Positions 38,860 through 51,609 of a DNA stretch of 64,000 nt are shown here, piece after piece (the first letter of the stretch is position 1; each line of letters opens with the position of its first letter). The notes under the pieces are model-generated. The model ran no database searches. It worked only from the letters and a program-made list of their open reading frames with translations, and had not been told where the DNA came from. The translations under genes were made by a program, and so were the position numbers. Source of the stretch: Felis catus (Eukaryota); contig NC_058377.1 of assembly GCF_018350175.1 (NCBI RefSeq), forward strand, positions 61,566,001-61,630,000, given 5' to 3'.

Positions 38860-39975
38860 TGTCATATACCCTCCATCACAGTATTATACCCATCACTTTC
38901 ACTACTCTACAATTCCCTGTGCTCCACCCATTCAACTCTCCCTCTCTCTTCCTACACTCCTGGCTACACTCATCTTTATGCTATTTCTAATTTCTATAGC
39001 TTTGCCTTTTCCAGAATGTCATATATTTGGAATCATGTACAGATGTAACCTTCTCTGGATGGCTTCTTTCACTCAAAACTGTGCATTAAAGGCTCTTCCA
39101 TGTCTTTTCATAGCTTGATAGCTCTCTTGAGTTTTAAATTTTTTTAATGTTTATTTGCTTTTGAGACAGAGAGAGACAGAGTGTGAGCAGGGGAGGGATA
39201 GAGAGAGAGAGGGGGAGACATGGAATTCGAAGCAGGCTCCAGGCTCCAAGCTGAAGGGCTGAGCCCGGGGTGGGGCTCGAACCCACAAATGGCAAGATCA
39301 TGACCTAGGCCAAAGTCAGATACTCAGCCCACTGAGCCTCTTGGGCACCCCTAACTCTCTCTTTTTTAATCAAATACTCACATTACATTTTAAAGAGGTG
39401 CCACGGTCTATTTTTCCCTTCATCTTAGTTGCCTCCAATTTTTGGCAATTAAAAATAAACCTGCTATAAACATTTATGTGCGTGTCTTTGTGTAGACATA
39501 AGTTTTTAACCCATTTGGTACCATGTCTAGGAGTGCAAGGCTGACCACATGGTAAGACTACGTTTCCTTCGGTGAGAAATGCAAAACTCTCTTTCAGCGT
39601 GGCTGTACTATTTTGTATTTTCACCAGCAATGAACGAGAGTCCCGATTATTCTATATCCTCACCAGCATTTGGTTTTGTCAGTATTTCAGGTTTTACCCA
39701 TTCTAACAGGTGTGTATGCTATCCCATTGTTTTACTTTGCAATTCCTTAATGACAAATGATATTGAGCATCTTAAAACATGCTTATTGCTCTTTGTTATG
39801 TCTTTTTGGGGTGAAATATGTTTTCAGATTTTTGCCTGCTTTTTAAGCGCCTTGTTTATTTCCTTATTGTTGAGATTTAAAAGTTCTTTGTATATTTTGG
39901 ATACAAGTCCTTTGTCAAACATGTATTTTGCAAATACTTTCTGCCAGTCTGTAGCCATAGGCTTTTCATTTTCTT
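38860..39975 (-). mobile_element. Old L1M fragments with nested SINE (~39132-39351)
   Basis: Paralog of 16690-17800. Confidence 0.8.
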
Positions 39976-40349
39976 AACTTACTATGAAACTGTGTTCTTT
40001 TTTCCCAGGGTACACGGTGGATTCTCCCAATTTGGATTTGTGTCCTTTAGTTTTTGGAATAGTTTTGAATAATTTTCTAATATGTTCGTGGTCTACTACA
40101 GTCCACCTATAATTTTATCTTCCCTGACTTTCTAGAACTCCAGTTTAATGATATGTTGGTGTTCTTGGATTGGCCCTATATAGTTTTTCATCCTAGCCAC
40201 CATACTTAACACTTGTCCTTCTGTTCTACTTTCTTATATCTAACTTCTGAGAATTTCATTGTTTTTTCTTTTATTTCTCATATGGCTGTTTAATTTACAA
40301 ATTATCTTTTTGTTCTCTAATTATTTCTTTTAGTAGTATTCTGTTCTAT

Positions 40350-40561
40350 TTTTTGAAAAAAATGAGGTTTATTTATTTTTGAGAGAGAGAGAAAGACAGA
40401 GCACAAGCAGGGAAGGAGCACAGAGAGGGAGACGCAGAATTCGAGCAGGCTCCAGGCTCTGAGCTGTAGCACAGAGCCTTACAGGTGGCTCAAACCCATG
40501 AATTGAGAGATGACCTGAGACTTAGTTGGAGGCTTAACTGACTAGGCCACCCAGGTGCCCC
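40350..40561 (-). mobile_element. CAN-SINE
   Basis: SINE body ending ggccacccaggtgcccc; absent from unit 1 along with its flanks. Confidence 0.88.
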
Positions 40562-41103
40562 TTAGATATTTTTATCTCATTACATCCTTAAAGATTTGGC
40601 TTCTATGTACACGTTTGCTTTTTGTTTGTTTCTTAGCACAATATGCTTAAAATACACCTTCTCAAAAAAAACCTGTTTAGGTGACAAAAAGTTCAACCCA
40701 CATGAACACCTTGTTTTCTTTGAGTACCTGCACATTCTAAAACAAAGAGGTTGGCTGCATTTGATTTCAGTGATAGATGCATATTTATGAATCCTTCTGG
40801 AGAAGAATCCATAGAGAAGAAACTCAACCAGGAAATAAAAAATAAAAGAGGAAAGGAAACAATATATTTTCACTATTTTAATCTTCATGCTTATTCCTCT
40901 TATTAGGTGGTAGCATCCCAAAACCGACCGAATAATAGTTGTCATGGGGTATAATGATGTGAAAACCATAAAATGCAGACAAATTACACAAAACAAATAT
41001 ACAAATCTGAAGCATTGCAGATAATGTGGCTTTTTAAATGTTATATTTAATTTTGAGAGATTGTTACTAATGCGGAGGTTGAAGGAGTTAATCACAGTGA
41101 ATT

Positions 41104-42042
41104 TTATGAATAGAGCATCTTTACCAGGTGAATGCGGATCTGCTTGGTCTTGGCACCATAGACAAGTGGATTGAGAAATGGGGGGACCAGCAAGTAGAGG
41201 CTAGAAAAGAGGATATGGATATAAGGGGGAACATGAGCACCAAACCTATGTGTGAAGAAGGAGAAGAAGGCAAGGAGGTAGAACGGGAGGAAGACGCATA
41301 TGTGAGCGATGCACGTATTGAATGCTTTCAACCGAGCCTCCTTCTGGGGCAAACGAAAAACTGTGGAAAAGATCTGTGCATAAGACAAAGTGATGAATGT
41401 GAGGTCAAACACTGCAACGGTGAATGCCACAAACAAGCCATAAATTTTGTTGACCCGCACATCTGATGCAGCCAGTTTTACAATGGCCATATGCTCACAG
41501 TAAGAGTGGGAGATGATGGTTGTATGGTAAAACTGAAACCGGAACTTTATCAGTATTAGGCATGGGGCTACTAGGCAAGCGGCCCTGAGTGTTACCACTG
41601 CCCCTATCTGGGTGACAAGGCGGTGTGTGACGATGACAGCATGTCTTAGTGGATAACAGATGGCCACATAACGGTCCACAGCCATGGCCAACAGAAGGCC
41701 TGACTCTATGCACTGAAATGTGTGGATGAGCCACATTTGAAGCAAACAGGAATCAAAATAAATGTCTGCCACATGAAACCAGAAAATTCCAAGCATCTTG
41801 GGCATAATGGTGGTAGCAAGCGCAATATCTGTGACTCCCAGCATGCCTACGAAAATGTACATGGGCTCATGGAGGCTGCGCTCTGACCTGATGATGATCA
41901 GAAGCAAGGAGTTTCCAATCATAGCAATGAGATACATGACACAGAATGGAATCCCAATCCAGCACTGCACAGTCTCTAGGCCTGGGATCCCTATCAGCGT
42001 CAACACAGAAGGCATGAAGACTGTGATGTTGGAAGTGGACAT
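41104..42042 (-). CDS. OR52A1: Class I olfactory receptor, OR52A1-like copy B, 312 aa
   Basis: Intact ORF; MAVDRYVAICYPLRH, HSYCEHM, KAFNTCIAH, HRFG, PPFLNPLVY. Confidence 0.95.
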   Translation of the reverse strand: MSTSNITVFMPSVLTLIGIPGLETVQCWIGIPFCVMYLIAMIGNSLLLIIIRSERSLHEPMYIFVGMLGVTDIALATTIMPKMLGIFWFHVADIYFDSCLLQMWLIHTFQCIESGLLLAMAVDRYVAICYPLRHAVIVTHRLVTQIGAVVTLRAACLVAPCLILIKFRFQFYHTTIISHSYCEHMAIVKLAASDVRVNKIYGLFVAFTVAVFDLTFITLSYAQIFSTVFRLPQKEARLKAFNTCIAHICVFLPFYLLAFFSFFTHRFGAHVPPYIHILFSSLYLLVPPFLNPLVYGAKTKQIRIHLVKMLYS

Positions 42043-42559
42043 AATGTCTTTGGGCTTCCAGAAGCAAATGAAAGAAGCTTCTCAGTCAGTGGCACCCTTC
42101 TCCTCTACTCTTGTTTGTATAAAGTCATCATAGTGGGTCTCTGATTTTGTCAGAACTCTAAGATCATATCATCCTTCTTATTTATATTATGGAATAAAAA
42201 TGATCCGCCGATACACATTGTGTTTTCAGAACAGACATCCACGAGTAGTGTAGCACAATGAGAAGTTACATAGAAGGCAAGTCAATTGCATCACAACCAG
42301 CCAGATCATGTGGGTAACAGAGTAACTGCTGATCTCTCTGTTATGTGCCTCTGCACCTGGGGATACAATAATTATACCTGTTAAACTTGCTTGGAAATGA
42401 CATTTCAAGCAGAGTTTGATGAATCTCCATATTCCACATTCCAACTACCTGATAATATTTGTTATTTTCCATTGTGTCTAGGTCTGGAACTGACACTTTG
42501 GATCAACAAATCTGACTCTGACCAGTACATTAGTAGATAAATCTCCATAAGTTTTATAT

Positions 42560-42751
42560 TTTAAGGTTTTTTTTTTAATAGAGAGAGACAGAGATCACAG
42601 GAGGGGCAAAGAGAAGGGAGAGAGAGAGTAACCCAAACAGACTACATACCATCAGCACACAGCCTGACATGAGGTTTGAACTCACCAACCCCAAGATCTT
42701 GACCTGACCTGAAATCAAGAATGGCACGCTCAACTGAGACACCCAGGAGCC
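42560..42751 (-). mobile_element. Diverged CAN-SINE
   Basis: Poly-T, GA-rich region, ends caactgagacacccaggagcc. Confidence 0.78.
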
Positions 42752-42924
42752 TCTTTTTCTCTTTATTTCTTGATTTTTTTAAGTGAAAAAACTCCCTATG
42801 AAAGAGAACAGAGAAACTGGTGACACCCAAGAGCACAATATATTCATCTATCTATATCATTTGTATCTACGTAAGACTGGATGTCTCTCTTTTCCTTGTT
42901 TTTTTTTTTCCATTAACAATTTCA

Positions 42925-43175
42925 CTTTTTAAATTTAATCCATGTTAGTTAACATGTAGTGTAAGAAGGGTTTTAGGAGTAGAATTTAGTGACTTGTCAT
43001 TAAATATAATACCCAGTGCTCATCCCAACAAGTGCCCTCCTTAATGCCCATCACCCATTTAACCCATCCCCCACCCACCACCCTTACAGTAAACCTCAGA
43101 GTGTTTTTTACACCCAGGAGGCTCTTATGGTTTGTGCTCTTCCGTTTTTATCTTATTTTTTCTTCCCTTCCCCAG
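42925..43175 (-). mobile_element. Carnivore L1 3' end fragment
   Basis: acccagtgctcatcccaacaagtgccctccttaatgcccatcaccca resembles the L1 3' UTR at 58070-58140. Confidence 0.8.
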
Positions 43176-44319
43176 AAGTCCTTTCAAAAGAAAGTAGGAA
43201 GCGCTTTGAATAGATCATCCAAGCCCATGCACTTTTGGTGAGTCTGGGTGAAAATTTCATGCCATTTTTACATGCCTCAAAGAACTCTATTTTATTTTGC
43301 CCACATACTAACAATTGAATTCCTGAAAATTAGTGGTGTGCTTAAAATCAGTGACATTTGGAATACCCATTTCTGAATACCTAGATGAAAGGAATCTCTA
43401 GAAAACATGGAAACTCAGAGGCGACAATGTATAGAGACAAGGGGACTCAATCTTGCTGACAACAGAGTGTGGGAAAATGGGTCCATGGGTAATTCATGGA
43501 CTAGAGGCTAGGTTCTTGGGCTTAAACTGCTCACAGCTGCCAGTAACATGAGATTTGGCCAATGTAAGCTCATTAATTCTTAATGAAATATATATCACTT
43601 GAACATTTGAATTTTTCATGAGCTCATGCATGAGAAAAGAGTGAAAAATAAAGGGGTGAAAGGACACGTTTCCCAACAGGAGTCCAATATGGAAGTAGGA
43701 ATGGAAGACACGGAGCAGACTTGGGATACCAGAAATGATGGAGGAAATGGCTCAACTTAAGAACATTTAATCACCTTGATTCATGATGACTGACTTTTCT
43801 GAAAACTGGGCTCTTAGTCTAGTTCAGATACATTTGTATCTGAAAAGATCTTGCTTTTTAAAAATCACATATCTTAAATTAGAAAGCTTCAGGCTACATT
43901 AGAAAGTTTCTATTTGGTGGAAACAGGATTCAGTTGTTTCATTCTTTCCTAGTTGGTCCAACATTGTTGCTTTCTGTCAGCAACCCCATGATCATTTAAT
44001 CATATATTTATTGTCACTAAAAATGCCAGTAATGCAGGAAGAGCTGTGGTGTATGTGGCTAAACCTCAAGTGAAGGAACCCACTCAACAGGTCCATTCTA
44101 GAAGCAAGTCTGTATCAGCTGATGCATATTTAGAATATACCAGTTAGTCAACTAAAACATGATTTCCAAAACTTTGCTCCCCAATGCTTAATCCTAGAGA
44201 TTCCTCGATCATGGATTCTTTTATTCACTTCTTCTTTCTAGAGTTAATCAGAATTAGAAGAGAAATCCTTCAGTACCATTCACATTGTCTGGCATATTTA
44301 ACAGTAAGGAGCTGATGTG

Positions 44320-45100
44320 GCAGCATTACCTGACAGGTACAGATGGTGGGAAGGCAAGTGGGAGAGGACCTAAGTGAGTACAGAGCAGGGGGGATGGAGT
44401 GGTTATCACTGGAAAAGCTGGTAGTGAAACATTATTGGGTGAAATTGAGGAAAGGGACTTCATGCTTTGTTGTTGGGGGCCAGTTGTGTTTTTACAAGAC
44501 TCCTGAAAACCGTGGTCTGTCTTCGTAACACCATCACTCATCACTCATCACTCACCTGTCATTCACTCTTTTTCCTCCTGAGACTCTCATCTCATTCACT
44601 TGTGCTTATGCTGGCAGCGGCTCTTTCTTCTCTCTGCACCCTCTAGAACAGCCCGCTGTAAATATCATGAACTCTTATCCATTTGCTGCTCAGCCATCTG
44701 CCAAACTGTGTACATCTCTGGAATAGACTTTCCTCTCTTCTTCTGTCCCTGCAAAACAGACTTGCACTCTCTTTTGTAAATTGTGTCTGAGCTCATGTTG
44801 GTGGGATCACACTCCAACAAAACTCACAGGAAGGTCTATATTTGCTAGACACAGCATAACTTTATTAAGCTTGAATTGGCAAGTATAACGTTCCCCAGTG
44901 TACAAGGAGAAGGAGGAGGTCTGAATATGAGATTTCCCAGCCGCTAACCCAAGCCTCCAGGGACCCAGCAGCTCATAATGAAGCCCTCTTGCGTCCATCC
45001 ACATCTAATGTCCCTGAAGCCATTTCTGCAACTTGCAGAATCCCCTTGGTCTCTTCATTTCTTTTTCCCCACCAGGGAGATGTAGAGAAATTAATATATG
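44320..45100 (-). promoter_or_regulatory. Candidate promoter / 5' UTR exons of OR52A1-like copy B
   Basis: Diverged homolog of 22080-22900; keeps CAG|GTAATG (44330), CAG|GTGAGT (44556) and TAATGA (44976-44981). Confidence 0.4.
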
Positions 45101-45800
45101 CAATCTGTATTTTTTGACATTCCTTACAAAATAAAAAGTTTTCTGTGAAAATTAAGTAATTAAATTTACTTTTGTCAGTTTCTTTCTGCTGTCCTCATTT
45201 GGAAAAAGATTGAAAGGACACTTAAGTGTACTTAAATGTATGTTCCTATGCCGATGAGTTACGTATAAATAAGTATTCTGTGACCCTTCTTTCACTGAGA
45301 CACTTCTGGACACAAAATCTGTATCCTCAATGGCTCTCTATCACACATTTAATACTCATTCTCTTGTAGTATCATTCTTTAGATCTTTATTTTATTGAAG
45401 CTTTGTAAATTGAGTATATTCTCACAATGACCAGTTATGATGGACATTTCCACTTTCCACTGCTTAGTAGACTTTCATTACAGAAAACTACACATCTGAC
45501 TATTATCATTATTATCATTGTCAATTATACATGATGAATAATTATACATAATTTCATCTAAATGTTTTTGGAAATATGCTTTGTCGCTTTTTATATAAAT
45601 ACTTACAAAATACTCTTTAATTGTTTCTTTGCAGACGATGACCCAAACTGTTTATTTGCATAAATGTGTGAACTCTGACTAGAACATTAAAATTGCCTCC
45701 GCAGTTTTTTTTTTCTTTTATTCCAAAGAAATTGTTATTAAAGCACCACAACCCCTATTGGTAATCCAAGCAAACCCTATCTCATAAATACTGACATTTA

Positions 45801-46230
45801 TTTTTTTTCATATGTAATTTACTGTCAAATTAGTTTCCATGCAACACCCAATGCTCATCCCTTCAGGTGCCCTCCTCAATGCCTATCACCCACCCTCCCC
45901 TCCCTCCCACCTCCCATCAACCCTCAGTTCATTCTCAGTTTTTAAGAGTCTCTGATACTTTGGCTCCCTCCCTCTGCAACTTTTTTTCCTTCCCCTCCCC
46001 CATGGTCTTCTGGTAAGTTTCTCCAGATCCACATAAGACTGAAAACATATGGTATCTGTCTTCCTCTGTATGACTTATTTTACTTAGCATCACACTCTCC
46101 AGTTCCATCCATGTTGCTACAAAAGGCCATATTTCATTCTTTCTCACTGCCAACTAGAATTCCACTGTGTACATAAACCACAATTTCTTTATCCATTCTT
46201 TAGTTGATGAACATTTAGGCTCTTTCCATA
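45801..46230 (-). mobile_element. 5'-truncated carnivore/felid L1 (430 bp) with TSD
   Basis: Encodes ORF2 C-terminus (KNEIWPFVATWMELESVMLS); exact TSD ataaatactgacattta at 45784-45800 and 46231-46247. Confidence 0.95.
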
Positions 46231-46894
46231 ATAAATACTGACATTTAAAACAGCCTCAAAAGATGCTTGAGGATAGCCTCTAGATTTACAAAGTGATCAA
46301 ATTCAGTATTCATTGATAAAGCCCAGTCTATAAAACAAGCCAGAGTATCTACATCCATGTGACATGCAGTCTAATAAATTCTTATGTATACATTGATTTA
46401 AGTGTCACAAATCAAAGTATGGACGTCTGCACACATGTGAATATTTTCCATACTCTTTTTAAAAATGACCCATGAGCTCAGGTTTTCAGGAACGGCCCAC
46501 AAGCCTTAAGTTCTCAAGTCATTAATTTGGACAGAACACTTTATGTGTTCATTAGCACAATAACCTTGAGTGATTTAAAAGCATGATGTTTTAAGTCCAC
46601 TGAGAAGATACCCTGCCATATGTCAAATAGATACACACATTCACACACATGTGCATTTTTGGAGTGAAAACTGGCCAGTGACATATGATAGCTTTCAGAA
46701 TAAAGTTCACCCATTTTGTATAGTGTTCATAACCATTCTTGACATTTGTAGTTTTCTTGTCTCTACAAGTTGTGCATTACATTGAGAAAAACTGTGCCAT
46801 TACTTGATTCTCTATTTAAGCTCCAAGACCATCTACCTGGCATGGTATGTCTTTACCTACCAGCAATTCATCTGTCATTCCTTAAGACTTGCTA

Positions 46895-47205
46895 CAGGGA
46901 AAAACTAATACCACATGATTTCAAGCATATGTGGAATTTAAGAAACAAAACAAACAAGCAAAGGGAAAAAATAAGAGACAGAAAGAAATCAAAAAAGGAC
47001 ATTTAACTGGAGAGAACACATTGATGGTTACCAGCAGGGAGGTGGGTGGAGGGATGGGTTATATTGGTGATGGGGATTATTAAGAAGTCCACTTGTCATG
47101 ATGAGCACAAGGTGTTGTATGGAAGTATGGAATCACTATATTGCACATCTGAAACTAATATAACACTGTGTGTTACCTAACTGGAATTAACAAAAAAATT
47201 AAAAG
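46895..47205 (+). mobile_element. Carnivore L1 3' end fragment
   Basis: atgtggaatttaagaaacaaaacaaac ... tattgcacatctgaaactaatataacactg. Confidence 0.8.
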
Positions 47206-47694
47206 AGGAATCAGACTTTGTAATTAAAACAAAAGAAAAGAAGAAAATACTACAGATGCTGCTTTCCTTTGGATTTCAATGCTTCACTCTCTTGGCTAAC
47301 CCTACATTCCAGAGGTACCTCTATTACTTCTATCATTTTCGTCTCCCTCTCTCTCTCTTTCTCCCAGTGATATTAAGCTATGATGGCTATAAACCCAAAA
47401 AAACATAAACACTGTCAAATTTGTCATTTTGCTTCTATTCTTGAGTATAGCATTTATAATATTGTAGGGTTTTGATAACACTTGAGAAATTAATAAAGAC
47501 ATAAATGGTGAGTGTGCATAAAAAGCACTGAATTGTAAAATAGAATGATGGATTGTTCATAATGTTTATGTCTTAATGCCCTGAATGACACCGGAAACGT
47601 TGAAATTTGAAGACTATGTGTCATTAGATTGTATACAGTTTTTTGTTTCATTGGGTTTTTTGTTTGAATGAGAACAAAATGCTTCCTCTCATTA

Positions 47695-47906
47695 ATTTTA
47701 TTGCTTAAGTTTATTTATTTATTTTAATAGAGGGAAAGAAAGTGCACAAGTTGGCAGGGGCAGAGAGAGAGAAGGTGAGAGAGAACCTCAAGCTGGCTTC
47801 GTGCTCTCAGCAAAGAACCTAGTGCAGGGCTTGAACTCATGAACCATGAGATCATGACCAGAGCCAAAATTGGACACTTAATCAACAGAGCCATCCAGGA
47901 ACCCCT
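47695..47906 (-). mobile_element. CAN-SINE
   Basis: gggcttgaactcatgaaccatgagatcatgacc ... gagccatccagg. Confidence 0.82.
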
Positions 47907-48366
47907 CCTCTCATTTACTTTAAAGATGATGAGGATGATCCAGAAACAAATAGATTCAACAACGTGATTTCATCAAGTACCTGGACAATCCAAGACAATG
48001 AGTCTTGGGTGCTTGGAAATTCATTGAGAAATAGATATTTATGGATTGTTGTGGAGAAGATTACTTAAAGGAGAAAATTCAATCAGGAACTGAAAAATAA
48101 GAAAAAAGAAAGGGAATTGGTACATACTCACTATTGCTGTTTCTACCATTCCCATTCTCATTACCTAGTAGGATCTAAATCGCACTGACTGATAGGTGTC
48201 ATGGGCTGTGATGTGAAAACTGCCTAAAATGCAGGCAAATTTCACAAAACAATTAAGGAGACAAGTCGAGCATCATGAATCATATGCATTTTTCCATTTT
48301 ATTCTGTTTTGAGAGATTGTTACTTTGCATAAAGGAGAAGGTTGAAGACGTTAATCACAGTGCATT

Positions 48367-49302
48367 TTATGAATACAACATCTTTACCAGGTGAATGCGG
48401 ATCTGCTTGGTCTTGGCACCATAGACAAGTGGATTGAGAAATGGGGGAACCAGCAAGTAGAGGCTAGAAAAGAGGATGTGGATATAAGGGGGAACATGAG
48501 CACCAAACCTATGTGTGAAGAAGGAGAAGAAGGCAAGGAGGTAGAGCTGGAGAAAGACACAGATGTGAGCGATGCACGTATTGAATGCTTTCAACCGAGC
48601 CTCCTTCTGGGGCAAATGAAAAACGGTGATAAATACCTGTATGTAGGACAAAGTGATGAATATGAGGTCAAACCCTGCAACGGTGAATGCCACAAACAAA
48701 CCATAGATTTTGTTGACCCGTACATTTTCTGCAGCCATTTTCACAATGGCCATATGCTCACAGTAGCAGTGGGAGATGATGGTTGTATGGTAAAACTGAA
48801 ACCGGAACTTTATCAGTACTAAAGATGCTACAAGAAGGGCAGCCCTGAGTGTTACCACAGCTGCTATTTGTGTGACTAGGCGGTGGGTGAAGATGGCAGA
48901 ATGTCTTAGTGGATAACAGATGGCCACATAACGGTCCAGAGCCATGGCCAACAGAAGGCCTGACTCTATGCACTGAAATGTGTGGATGAGCCCCATTTGA
49001 AGCAAACAGGAATCAAAATAAATGTCTGGCACATGAAACCAGAAGATTCCAAGCATCTTGGGCACAATGCTCGTGCCAAGTACAATATCTGTGACTCCCA
49101 GCATGCCTACGAAAATGTACATGGGCTCATGGAGGCTGCGTTCTGACCTGATGATGAGAAGAAGCAAGGAGTTTCCAATCATAGCAATGAGATACATGAC
49201 ACAGAATGGAATCCCAATCCAGCACTGCACAGTCTCTAGGCCTGGGATCCCTATCAGCGTCAACACAGAAGGCCTGAAGACTGTGATGTTGGAAACGGTC
49301 AT
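48367..49302 (-). CDS. OR52A1: Class I olfactory receptor, OR52A1-like copy C, 311 aa (one-codon deletion in TM4)
   Basis: Intact ORF with the main OR motifs; LVAPCLIL in copies A/B is LVASLVL here. Confidence 0.93.
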   Translation of the reverse strand: MTVSNITVFRPSVLTLIGIPGLETVQCWIGIPFCVMYLIAMIGNSLLLLIIRSERSLHEPMYIFVGMLGVTDIVLGTSIVPKMLGIFWFHVPDIYFDSCLLQMGLIHTFQCIESGLLLAMALDRYVAICYPLRHSAIFTHRLVTQIAAVVTLRAALLVASLVLIKFRFQFYHTTIISHCYCEHMAIVKMAAENVRVNKIYGLFVAFTVAGFDLIFITLSYIQVFITVFHLPQKEARLKAFNTCIAHICVFLQLYLLAFFSFFTHRFGAHVPPYIHILFSSLYLLVPPFLNPLVYGAKTKQIRIHLVKMLYS

Positions 49303-50437
49303 AATGTCCTCCGGCCTCCAGATGAAAATGAAAGAAGGTTCTCAGTCAGTGGCACTCTTCTACTCCTGTTTTAATTCAAAGTCATCATAGTGAGTCTCTG
49401 TGATTTTGGCAGAACTCTAAGATCATCTCATCCATCTCGTTTATATTATCAAAGGGAAAAGACAGATTCATATACACACACCACATTTCAGATGACCTTA
49501 GTGTTCTATTTCTTTCCCCCAAACCCTCTGAGTCAGAAACTGTCAGTTTGGACAATCACATAATCAGACTCTAACCAGTATTTTGGTTTAAAAGGCTTCC
49601 TATGAAAGAGAAGTGAGATAGAAATAGCTTCACCCAGGAACATAATATATTTAGATACCTTTATCTGTATATTATGTGTTTATGTAGGACTGGATGTCCT
49701 TTTAAAAAACTGTGAAATAGAGCTTGAGAAAAGATGATCAAATCCATGTAATTTTAATCTAAATCAAAGTTCCATGCTGATTTACATTATAAGTAAAACT
49801 TTATTTTATTTTGCCTATGTAAGTAATAGCAGAATTCTTTGAAATGAGTTGGACACTTAAAATAATGGAAATTCTGAAATACACGCTTCGGAATGACTAG
49901 AAGGGAAGAATCTCTAGAAGGCAAAGAAATCTAGAGAAACAAGGCATAGGCAAGAGGACTCATTCTTGCTGACTAGGGGATATAGGTGAACGGGTAACTT
50001 AGCCAGAAAAGAAGTTAGTTTCTGGGGTTGAAAGCGCTCAGGGTTACCATCACCAAAAGATCGGCAAGTTTAGGCTCATTGATTCCTAATAATATGCAGA
50101 CCATTTGATTGCTTCACTCATATTGTGAGCTCAAGCCTAAAGAATGAATAAGAATAAAGGGGTGAAAAGACAGTCTCCTTAAGAGGAGTCCAAGATAGAA
50201 GTAGAAATGGAAGACAGAAGGCAGACCTTGGGGTTCCAGAAATGATGCAGGAGAGAGAGCGCTGTAGAGCAACTAAGGAAACTTTAGTTGCTTCAATTCC
50301 CTGATGACTGAATTTCCTCAAAACTTGGGTTCTTAGTGCCTGTATGAAAGTTCTTTCCTGATAAAGATCATTACTTTTAAGAATTGCATATCTAAAATCA
50401 TGAAATTCTCAAGTTGTACAATAGAAAAATACCTGCT

Positions 50438-51370
50438 AGGTGCATGGGTGGCTCAGTCAGTTAAGTATCCCATTCTGTGTTGTTGTTTTTAATGTTTATT
50501 TATTTTGAGAGAGAGAATGCTAGCAGGGTAGCGGCGGGGGGGGAAGATCCACTCACAGCAGAGAGCTCCATGCAGGGCTCCAGTTCATGAGCTGTGAGGT
50601 CATGACCTTGGCCACGGTCTGAGGCTTAAGGGACTGCAACTGCGCCACTCAGGTGCCCCACACTTCCAACTTTTCATCTTGGCTCAGGTCATGATCACAT
50701 GGTTAATGAGATTGAGCTCCATGTCAGGCTCTGCATTCTCTCTCCTTCTCTCTCTGCTCCTTCCCATGCTCTTCTCTAAACAAACAAACAACCAACCATT
50801 TATGAAAAAAATATTTGCTATCTTGTGAAAAACAACATTTAGTTATTTCATTCATTCCTAGTGTCTCTAACACTGTTGCATTATGTCAGCAAGCTCATGA
50901 TCATCTAAACATATACTGAATGTTAGGGCCCCCAAGGTGGCTCAGCAGGTAAAGCAACTGACATTGGGCGCAGGTCATGATCTTGTGGTTCATGAGTTCA
51001 AGCCCTGTGTTGGGCTCTGTGCTGAAACCTTGGAGCCTGGAGACTATTTTGAACCCCCCCTTTCTCTCTCTCTCTCTCTCTGCTCCACCCCTGCTCATGC
51101 TCTATATCTCTCTCTCTCTATTATACATAAAGTAAATATTAAAAAAAATTAGGGGCACCTGTGTGGCTCAGTCGGTTGAGCGTCCGACTTCAGCTCAGGT
51201 CATGATCTCACATCTCCTGAGTTCAAACCCGTGTCGGGCTCTGTGCTGACAGCTTGGAGCCTGGAGCCTTCTTCCGATTCTCTCTCCCCCTCTCTCTGCC
51301 CCTAATCTACTCACATTCTGTCTCTGTGTCTCTCAAAGCTAAATATTAAAAAAAAATATTTTTAAAAATT
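50438..51370. mobile_element. Nested SINE pair (50438-50790) and tandem SINE pair (50926-51370)
   Basis: Paralogs of 20895-21250 and 21381-21835. Confidence 0.85.
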
Positions 51371-51609
51371 TGAACATATACCGAATGTCATCAAATATAC
51401 CAGTAATTCAGCAACAGCTGTGGTTTGTGTTGCTAAACCTCTAGTGAAGAATCATATTCAGGGGGACCACTTATGAAGACAGGCTGTATCACCTGACATG
51501 TATTTATGATAGACTAGTCAGTCAGCAAAGTCCTTGATTTCCAAAGCATAGAAATCCTTTAGAAATGATCACCTTGTCTGACCTATTCAAGAGTTAGGAG
51601 CTGACATAG

